This document shows positions 52,596-64,000 of a stretch of 64,000 bases of DNA, one piece after another. The first letter of the stretch is position 1, and each line of letters begins with the position of its first letter. This stretch comes from Octopus sinensis (taxonomy: Eukaryota). Under the pieces are notes generated by a model. That model did not search any database, was not told the origin of the DNA, and saw nothing but the letters and a program-made list of their open reading frames with translations. Where the stretch lies: positions 134,850,001 through 134,914,000 of the forward strand of contig NC_042997.1 of NCBI RefSeq assembly GCF_006345805.1, given 5' to 3'. A program made the translations under genes and the position numbers.

Positions 52596-53232
52596 GTTAG
52601 GCAGAGTTAGCGGCTGGAAAAACCATCTAAGAGATGAGAATATCCGTTCTTGCAAATGGTATCATTTACCTATGCTATTCCTGGGCATGGGTATGCAATC
52701 ATACTATGCTCATAGGCTACAGGTAATAACTGAATAACCAAAAGTTTATCCAGAATCAAATTTAAGTAACCAGAAAATGGGGAAAACGTTTGGTCAGCAA
52801 ACAAAGAAATTGACCCACATCATTTAATAATTTTTTAATACAAAACATAACACTACTTTAGCCATTTGATAGTCCACTCTTTTTGCCTATCGACTTCAAG
52901 CTTCACTCTGCAAAATGGTATGATTATAATATATTGAGCCTTCTGGTCTCATCTTGAGGTCCTGTTCTTCTTCCCTCTTACCTTCATTTATCTTATTTTG
53001 TATATTTTTTTTTATTTGCATTCACTGTGATGAAGCTCCACGTACTAGATTGAATGTGCTATAAAGTTGGCAAACATTATTTTCGGATTTTTCTTTATAA
53101 GCACTGATTGACATCAGCAGCCGAAATGGCTGTAAGAAATGTTATGTAATGTTATATTAGGTTTTGTACTAAATAATAATTAACCAATGTTGGTCAATTT
53201 CTTTCTTGATCAAAAGTTTTCACCATTTTCTG

Positions 53233-55301
<2,069 letters not shown>

Positions 55302-55420
55302 CTTGGAAATGTATACAAGATTATTTATGTATATGTGATTTTATATGTGTGTATATATTTACATACATGTGTGTATGCACAGTCTGTACATACACGCGTT
55401 TGTTAAAGGTGCATTGCTGT

Positions 55421-55654
55421 TCAGCCTTTAAATCCAAAGAAATATTTTTCAACAAATGTAGCTTGATGAGGCTTGATGTTTCGTTCTTCCCGTAGTTCTT
55501 CGGCTGGAAAGAAAGCTGGCGTCTCAGGTTCCCATTTAACTAAGTTGAAGTAACGTGTAATGGCTATAAATGGAATCCATGCCACCGAGGAGAGGATCAG
55601 AAGTGCAGCTATGAATTGCGCCCACCATGGCCGGGGCTGCATCACAGTGTGACC
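55421..55654 (-). CDS. Terminal coding exon of an SLC6 (sodium:neurotransmitter/amino-acid symporter) gene: TM12 and C-tail
   Basis: Acceptor ttgacag|GGT; [32 protein letters not shown] fits the SLC6 TM12 pattern; phase matches the exon at 60745-60907. Confidence 0.85.
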   Translation of the reverse strand, partial: GHTVMQPRPWWAQFIAALLILSSVAWIPFIAITRYFNLVKWEPETPAFFPAEELREERNIKPHQATFVEKYFFGFKG

Positions 55655-55789
55655 CTGTCAATGAAAATCGGACAAGAACATCTATAGATTAATATGTAAA
55701 ATTGAAGACAGTCATTACATAATAAATTATTTATTCATCAGAATGATTAATGCATATTGGTAAATGATAATGTTGCCTTGTATATAATC

Positions 55790-56370
55790 TTTTCTTCTCT
55801 AGGCACCAGGCCCGAAATTTTTGGAGAAGGGGCCAGTTGATTAGATCGACCCCAGTACACAACAGGTACTTAATTTATCGAACCCGAATGGATGAAAGGC
55901 AAAGTTGACCTCGTCGGAATGGGAACTCAGAACGTTAAGATTGACGAAATACCTATTTCTTTATTACCCACAAGGGGATAAACATAGAGGGGACAAATAA
56001 GGACAGACAAACAGATTAAGTCGATTATATCGACCCCAGTGCGTAACTGGTACTTATTTAATCGACCCCGAAAGGTTGAAAAGCAAAGTCAACCTCGGCG
56101 GAATTTGAACTCAGAACGTAGCGGCAGACGAAATACCTATTTCTTTACTACCCACAAGAGGCTAAACACACAGAGGACAAACAAGGACAGACAAACGGAT
56201 TAAGTCGATTATATCGACCCCAGTGCGTAACTGGTACTTATTTAATCGACCCCGAAATGATGGAAGGGAAAGTCGACCTCGGCGGTATTTGAACTCAAAG
56301 CGTAAAGGCAGACGAAATACCGCTAAGCATTTCGCCTGCCGTGCAGACGTTTCTGGCAGCTCGCCGCCCT
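55790..56370 (-). mobile_element. Compound SINE: one full family A unit plus two head-less units
   Basis: The junction aaagaaata|ggtatttcgtc occurs twice at about 183-bp spacing. Confidence 0.8.
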
Positions 56371-56884
56371 GTTGCCTTGTATATAGTTATATATGATAAG
56401 TTAGTTTCCTTGCTTCCCAAATTTTGATTTTTTTAAATATATAACAATGTTTTCACGCTTTAGTGAATAATCATAGATGTAATATATAGGAGAATATTTC
56501 ACCATGAAATAAGTAAGCAGCGTTGGTGTACGACACGATCAATAAATAAATAAATAAATAAATAAATAAACAAATATATAAATAATTCATTCTACGGTTG
56601 GCAAAAGGTCTGAAATTCGTGTCGCTACACATTTCGTTCGGCCGGCTAACGATTCTGTGAGCTTGCCACCAAACAATAATGATAATACTCCTTTCTGCTT
56701 TAAGTACAAGGCCTGAAATTTGAGGGGAGGGGGATGGTCGGATGACCTTGGTGGAATTTGAACTCAGAACATAGCAGCAGACAAAATACCACTCAGTATT
56801 TTGCCCGGGCGTGCTAAAAATGCTGCCACCTTACCGCTTTAGCAGTCATAATGATGATGATGATGATGATGATAATAATAATGC

Positions 56885-57270
56885 CGGATCATAGATAAAG
56901 CAATAGTGTTAAATGAGAAAGAAAGCAAACGATGCTGGATCATAGATATAGCATGCCCAGCTGACAACAAGGTATGCGATAAGGAAGAAAGAAAAGTCGA
57001 TAGATATGACAGGTTAGCTTGGGAGGTTACGCAGTTGTGATCGATGAAAAAGGTGGTAGTAATACCAATAACTGTCGGAGCCCTGGGAACAGTGAGTAAA
57101 AATCTTGAGAAGTACATGGAACAAATAGGGGCTGCAATAAGGGTGGAGCACTTGCAGAAAACATCACTACTTGGAACCGCTCGAATACTCCGGATGGTAC
57201 TCGAAAAATAAGGGGTGTTACCTTATTTCACTGATAGTAAACACCTCCAGCGTTAGAAGCTGTGCAAAGA
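56885..57270 (+). mobile_element. Dong/R4 RLE 3' fragment in (AAT)n
   Basis: IDIACPADNKVCDKEERKVDRYDRLAWEV...VGALG...LQKTSLLGTARILR; ends gtgcaaagacaataataat. Confidence 0.8.
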
Positions 57271-57284
57271 CAATAATAATAATA

Positions 57285-57578
57285 ATGGGAAGCCCCCTTC
57301 GGTCATGAATGACCATGGGATTGCACCTAGAAGGCCAGCAGTCGCCCATGCATACCGGCCACCACTCTCTACACCACCAATGTTATCCAAGGGAAAGGCA
57401 AGGGCCGATACAGCTTGGCATCAGTGATGTCGCAACTCATTTCTACAACTGAGTAAACTGGAGCAACGTGAAATAAAGTGTCTTGTTCAAGAACACAACA
57501 CGCAGCCCGGTCCGGGAATCGAACACAACCTAACGATCGTAAGCTCGACGCTCTAACCACTGGGCCATGCGCCTTCAC
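57285..57578 (-). mobile_element. tRNA-headed SINE (family C); related copies at 19405-19560 (+) and 25800-26020 (-)
   Basis: Head ggcgcatggcccagtggttagagcgtcg...gttcgattcccggacc. Confidence 0.75.
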
Positions 57579-57613
57579 AATAATATCAATAATAATAATA
57601 ATAATAATAATAG

Positions 57614-58144
57614 TGGCTCTCATGGCTTCTGATCTTAACTGATTGGAAGTGTTATCATGTACATTGTTTTGTCTTGGTATAAAAGATGGGCTACAGCAAA
57701 TATTCTGCTCAATACCACAGATTTGCTTGTCAGTTGTTTGACCTTAACCAGTTGAGCATGTCCCTTAGTGACTGACGATATGTGCATCTCTGATCACGAG
57801 CAGAAGTAGTGGGGGAGCATCACAGCCATGTGTTGAGAGGGATTCTTTGGGGTTTGAATAGTTCACCTCTGGAAACATGGGTGGTTCTTTCAACATCCTT
57901 AAACAACCCTTATTCAGGGACCGTTTGAGCGGGATGGGCTACTCAACCTGAAGAAAATTCTAACTGGGCCCCACCTGCAAGGTCATGTGCTGTTTATCTT
58001 GATATGAGATCACCATGTCGCGCACATATGGTTGTGATGCATGTGCCTGGTGTACCTTTATCAGACGGGTAGTCATGATGGGTTTTTGAGCTTCGTATAT
58101 TTTACCCCAGTGTCACTTTGATGGCATGAACTGTTCTCTCACTC

Positions 58145-58210
<66 letters not shown>

Positions 58211-58861
58211 CCTTTTGTATTAAAGGCATAAGGAATGAAATTTGGAGTAGGGGGTCTAGTCGGTTATATCGACCCTGAAAGGCTAACAGGCAAAGTCGAC
58301 CTGATGCACTGATGCAGTACCAGGCACTGACCCTCATGGCCTCTGATCTTAACTGATTGGAAATATCATGTACATGCTTTGTCTTGGTATAAAAGATGGG
58401 CTGCAGTAAATATTCTGCTCAATGTCATAGATTTGTTTGTCAGTTGTTTGACCTTAACCAGTTGAGCATGTCCCTTGGTGGCTGACGACATGTGCCGCTT
58501 TGATCATGAGCAGACGTAGTGGAGGAGGGTCAAAGCCATGTGTTGAGGGGAATTCTTTGGGCGTTTGAATAATTCACCTGTGGAAACATGGGTATTTCAT
58601 TCTACATCCTTAAACAAACCTTTTTCAGGGAGCTTTTGAGCGAGATGAGATACTTGATCTGAAGAAAATTCTAACTGGACTCCACGTGCAAGGTCATGCA
58701 CTGTTTATCTTGATGTGAAATTACCATGTCTTGCATATATGCTTGTGATGCATGGGCCTGGTGTACCATTATCAGCCGGCTAGTCATAATGGGTATACTG
58801 GGCTTCGTATATTTGTACCGCAGTGTCACTTCGATGGCATGCACTGCTCTCTCACTCACTC

Positions 58862-58862
<1 letters not shown>
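57614..58862 (+). repeat. Two direct copies (57614-58145, 58330-58862) of an about 530-bp element, each ending in (AAT)n
   Basis: Colinear match from ctcatggc.tctgatcttaactgattgg to ctctcactcaataataat. Confidence 0.85.
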
Positions 58863-58950
<88 letters not shown>

Positions 58951-58971
58951 TGATGATGATGATAATAATAA

Positions 58972-59135
58972 TAGGGGCTGCAATAAGGGTGGAGCTTTTG
59001 CAGAAAACAGTACTAATTGGAATCGCTCGAAGCACTTGGAAGGTGCTCGAAAAATAAGGGGTGTTACCTTAGTTCACTAGTAGTGAACAGCTGACACCGT
59101 AGTACATCTCCAGCGTTAGAAGCTGTGCAAAGGCG

Positions 59136-59196
<61 letters not shown>

Positions 59197-59350
59197 TGAT
59201 AATAATAATCCCAGTAATTGTAGAGGCACTGGGAGTGTTGTAATGAGGTTTGAGAGATTTGCTGGAAAAGTTGGGATTGACGTGAGGGTAGAACATGCTC
59301 AGAAAACTGTTCTTTTGGGGACAGCTAGGATCATGAGATTGGTACTTGGC
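58972..59350 (+). mobile_element. Two further short Dong/R4 3' stubs separated by (AAT)n
   Basis: GAAIRVELLQKTVLIGIARS..KVLEK and IPVIVEALG...VEHAQKTVLLGTARIMRLVL. Confidence 0.7.
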
Positions 59351-60077
59351 TGTTAAATATCATGAAAAGATACCCTGTGAGACTTTTGGCAACACGTTGC
59401 TGTCTGCTCTTACAAAATTAATTCGAGCAAGTGAAATTGAGAGGTCTGAAAAGTGAAGTGGAAATAATACTAAAATAATGGACAAACTCCCAAAACACTG
59501 CTGTAAATGCTATTCATCAAGACAGATTGAAGTAAAAGGAACAGGAAAACTATTTGAAGAAAACTGGAAAATAAAGAGACCAGTGTCTGCTCAAAGGTGT
59601 ATGATACTGCAACAGTAAGTCGTAAAATGATGAAGATGCTTTTAGCATGATAGAGCTAGTGTTAGCATGTAGAAGGTAGTCTGGTGAAATGAGAATTATT
59701 TCAGTTAAATGTAGATGCCTCTCTTTCATTAACATTCGATAAAAAAAATTTAACTAGTCCAGGGGCTAGTCCAGGGACGGTAAATTGGAATCTAAGCAGC
59801 TAAAGCTCGTCTTGTCAGTGAGTTATTAGTGGTGGCCGAAATCTCAAGCCACCCTTTTTAAGCTTTCAGCTTACTCTTTCTACTGCTAGCCCCTCCTCAG
59901 AGCAGCGGCCCTCCTCTATTTCCGGTCCCTCCATGGCAATAAGGTATGTTTCTGCATGTGCACATGTGAAGGCAGGTGTTACTGTATATGACAGGGAAGA
60001 CAAAGTACCAATGGGTGGTGAGTGAACAAAGCATTGTAGAACGCGGGCGAGTGGTGAATGGATGATCCAATACGTGG

Positions 60078-60305
60078 GCGGCGAGCTGGCAGAATCGTTA
60101 GCATGCCGGGCGAAATGCTTAGTGGTATTTCGTCTGCCGCTATGTTCTGAGTTCAAATCCCGCCGAGGTCGACTTTGCCTTTCATCCTTTCGGGGTCGAT
60201 TAAAAAAGTACCAGTTACGCACTGGGATCGATATAATCGACTTAATCCGTTTGTCTGTCCTTGTTCGTCCCCTCTGTGTGTAGCCCCTGGTGGGCAGTAA
60301 AGAAA
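60078..60305 (+). mobile_element. Young SINE family A copy
   Basis: Full head-to-tail match to 966-1197. Confidence 0.85.
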
Positions 60306-60374
60306 CAGAATGGATGATGCAGTATGTGAATATATAAGTAAAGAAGGTGGGTAGTGTAGAAAGTGCGTGTGTGG

Positions 60375-60457
<83 letters not shown>

Positions 60458-60744
60458 TGTGTTAGTGCTGTACATAATTGTATTTGTGGGAAAAGGATGA
60501 ACTGCCGAATTTAGAGGGAAACAAGTGGGTTGTTAAGACCGGCTGAGAAAGTTGTATTTGCGTGAGAACAAAATATTAGTTGTAACTCTGTGGAACCTAC
60601 CAGGACGTTTCTGCCTATCCAAAGGAAATTTAGCAAAGTACATCCGACTAAATTCTCTGTTTCAAATGACAAAAACCCAAGAAAGAATAAAAGAATAGAT
60701 TCACAACAGAAGGTAGTATGTGTCTAAACAAAAAGTTATCTTAC

Positions 60745-60907
60745 CTTTGCTGCATCCCATGCCATATAATAAGATCCATTCTCTAAAATTTCGAACAAAC
60801 TAGCAACGAAAATGACTATCATAACTAGAGGTGCTAGATAACGCCACATAAACATCCAAAAGTAACTGGGACGTATTCCAACCATCATTTCTACGTCATC
60901 ACTAAAC
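60745..60907 (-). CDS. Penultimate coding exon of the SLC6 gene (TM11 region), absent from the ORF track
   Basis: ttttttcag|G-TTTAGT...GCAAAG|gtaag; 163 nt = 1 + 54 codons; (R)FSDDVEMMVGIRPSYFWMFMWRYLAPLVMIVIFVASLFEILENGSYYMAWDAAK is the classic SLC6 RFxDDIExMIG.RP..YW motif. Confidence 0.92.
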
Positions 60908-61118
60908 CTGAAAAAAAATTATTTTAATTATTTTCATAATTCATGGCAACCATTAACCAAATTTTACAAAGTTCATTTCATATACTTTTAAAAAATACAT
61001 CCACATATACGTTCATATACCCAGACGCCCAGACACACAGACACACACATATATACACACATACATACCGTCAGTAGTTCATATATCCGAAAAAGAGGCA
61101 CTCTAAAATATTAGAGCA

Positions 61119-61488
61119 GTGGTAAGTAGCTTGCTTACCAACCACATGGTTCCGGGTTCAGTCCCACTGCCTGGCACCTTGGGCAAGTGTCTTCTACTAT
61201 AGCCTCAAGGCCGACCAAAGCCTTATGAGTGGATTTGGTAGACGGAAACTCAAAGAAACCCGTCGTATATATGTATGTATATGTTTATGTGCTTGTGTTT
61301 GTCCCCCTAGCATTGCTTGACAACCGATGCTGGTGTGTTTACGTCCCCGTAACTTAGCGGTTCGGCAAATGAGACCGATAGAATAAGTACTGGGCTTACA
61401 AAAAATAAGTTCCGGGGTCGATTTGCTCGACTAAAGGTGGTGCTCCAGCATGGCCACAGTCAAATGACTGAAACAAGTAAAAGAGTAA
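61119..61488 (+). mobile_element. SINE family B copy
   Basis: Head gtggtaagtagcttgcttacc...ccgggttcagtccc and the conserved tail. Confidence 0.85.
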
Positions 61489-61543
<55 letters not shown>

Positions 61544-63554
61544 GGATACATATATAGGGATACACATACATTTTTGGATATGTATATGAAATTTTGCATG
61601 AATGTATATATAATGGACATAAGATATTTTCAAAGATGTTCCTGGATTTTAAAGGAGTCATACTTACTGTTTCAGTCCGTATATGTATGAAACTGCGATT
61701 ACTTCAAGGAAGGCAATGACTAGAAGAGGGATATTTGCACAATACATGTCGAACAGGTCAAAAACATATGGACCAGTTGACGTTGCAAAGCAAAATGATA
61801 TTAACATTGACACGAAACATACAACGCCTGAAAAAGAAAAGAAAATTTTAGATAAAGTAAAACATGAAAACGAATCAAAACACTACAAATAGGACAAAGT
61901 AGGTTGAGCACGGTATTAGTTTAATGCTCAAGACGGGTACTTAAATGAGGATATATTCCTCGACGTTATGTTTAAAAAGATAAGAAAATGCAAGGAAAGA
62001 TATAGGGAGAGGAAAGAGCGAGTTAGAGAACAGCTGTATGAATGTGAAAGAAAGTAGATTAATTTATCAAATGAGATTTGAAAATATATATATATATATA
62101 TATATGAAAGAAGAAAGCAGGGGCAACCAGAAGGCTTAAGAGACAGTGGGGAATGCTGTTCTATGAGGAGGGATCTAGAAGGTATAAAGATGCAGATGCA
62201 TAGGTGCTTTTGTGTGTGTGATACATTATAAATGAAAAGTTCCTAATTCGAGTATTCTGAGTTATGCCTTTCCTATCTTTCATTTAATACTCAGAGCCTG
62301 CTTATTATTGTGAAATATTTGCTGTTTGAATATATTTCTGAAACATCATGCAAAAGTGATGAAGAAACACTTGCTTTAATGCTCTTGTTTTACAAAACCG
62401 ATACTGCCTTGAATAAAAATTCTTAATTTTTCACTGAAACAAAGGTCACGCCGCATTTTTTATTTAAAGCCGCTGTTTCTCTAATATTGTGCCCTATCAA
62501 ATATATAATTTTGAGTCCATGAAGATTTCTCTCACACAAGCGCCACAAAAATTTCAACAAAGCCGTAATGCATCTCCTGTCAGAGCTGACAAATGAATTT
62601 TTGCGCTTATGAAATTTCATGAAATTGCCATATTTTAGGATAATCTCTGCTGTTTGTTTTAACTATGGCACTGTATATTATCGTCATTGCCTGGCAGTTA
62701 CCATCTGGTGGGTAGTTCTCTTAAATTCTGAGTTGCAAGATCTTTAATGGCCAGCTGCTTCCATTGCTTTCCCATTCAGCTTTGTAGTATTATAACTTCT
62801 GATATAACAATTAAAATTCGTAAAACTGAACTACTAACCTTAACACAGTTAATATTTAATATCTTACTATACTTATGCCTCGGCGGAAAATGGCGATTTA
62901 TTAAACGAAGGAATTCCCTAAATCACTTCTTAATTCTAGGTTCATTACGGTTACATTAAATGTCATAAACATTTTATCTTTCCAATTTCTGTTTCAACAT
63001 TTGTCGTTCCCAGTGTTTTTTTAAGGCTTGGAACCTTATCGAAGAACTCACCATTTCAAAGAATCTCGTTATGCTACGCAGCTGCTCTCATGGAAGCTTC
63101 TTCATTGGAAGATAATGAAGATATTCGATGTATTTAAAGCAGTAATGGTTTTCTGATTAACATAACGTAATATTCCTAATGATTTGAACAAAAGCTGTTT
63201 AAAATTAATTCGGCTTAAATCAGTTTGATTTAATTATGTATCACAGTTATGTAGTTAAACATTTGATGATGAGGTGTATCGTAATTAAATAACCTAGGAA
63301 CACAAAGTGTGTAGTATATGGGAAATTTATGATTTTTCTGCTTTTATGCTAAGTATGTTACTCTTAAAATCGTTTTGTTCGTTTATGTAAATACTTGTAC
63401 GTCGGTCCTAATTAGATCTACTGCAATGTAATAACTTGTCGGGGTTTAATGACCATTTATTAATTGCGTTCTTAATGATAAACTCTTTGATATTCATTCA
63501 TCATTTCTTTATATGTGTGTCTGTGTTTATGTGTGTTTGTATGTACATGCGTGG

Positions 63555-63591
<37 letters not shown>

Positions 63592-64000
63592 AGTAATTGT
63601 ATTGTGGAACAGCCATTTTATCCATCTAATTATTACGTAAACCATTCAGCTCAATTTTCATTTTATTACTTGATGTTTTAAGCATTTTGTTGCATCATAC
63701 TTACACAATTCCACTTCAACAATTTAAAATTTTGTTGGTCCCATGCTCATATTGGTCTCATGTCTAACTTTGCTGTTGAACTCAGGAATATAAGTCTGTT
63801 GGAATCATCTTTATTAACGTTAACTACTCGAAATCGGTTGTCGTTAGTTACTTCTGAGCCCCGTCTCTTGTTTGTGTAAAGGAGGTGAATGGATGTGCAA
63901 GATGAGTTTCAGTTGACTCAGTGTGAATTTAGGCAGGCCAGAAGGATAGAAGCTATTGTAGTAGCGACAAACTACATGAACCAATCAATTGCACAGTTTT

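Noticed and set aside
61683-63130. Further SLC6 exons
   Set aside because: No TM9/TM10-like translation with splice sites was found; upstream exons probably lie beyond the window.

Overview
AT-rich, microsatellite-dense animal DNA. The SINE families, simple repeats and clustered IL-17 genes point to a cephalopod, probably Octopus (inference, not verified). Protein-coding content is sparse: two head-to-head IL-17-like genes inside a roughly 13.5-kb inverted duplication (one copy has an in-frame 58-codon deletion), a third decayed IL-17 pseudogene that the ORF track misses, and the last two coding exons of an SLC6 transporter on the minus strand. Most of the rest is mobile DNA: a near-full-length CR1/L2-group LINE, a 5'-truncated Tx1/L1 LINE, Dong/R4 fragments, a Penelope-like RT-GIY-YIG element, mariner fragments, a MITE, many SINEs and a U6-SINE-tail chimera. 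The most striking unannotated signal is a set of type I hammerhead ribozymes read directly from the sequence. These include a 479-bp tandem array with an intact hammerhead in each of three units (37.1-38.3 kb) and a second hammerhead-bearing direct repeat (36.0-36.9 kb), both just upstream of the Penelope-like element, which suggests a retrozyme/Penelope system. Most ORFs in the supplied track are microsatellite artefacts. A 100-N assembly gap lies at 44319-44418, and the sequence just upstream of it looks error-prone.
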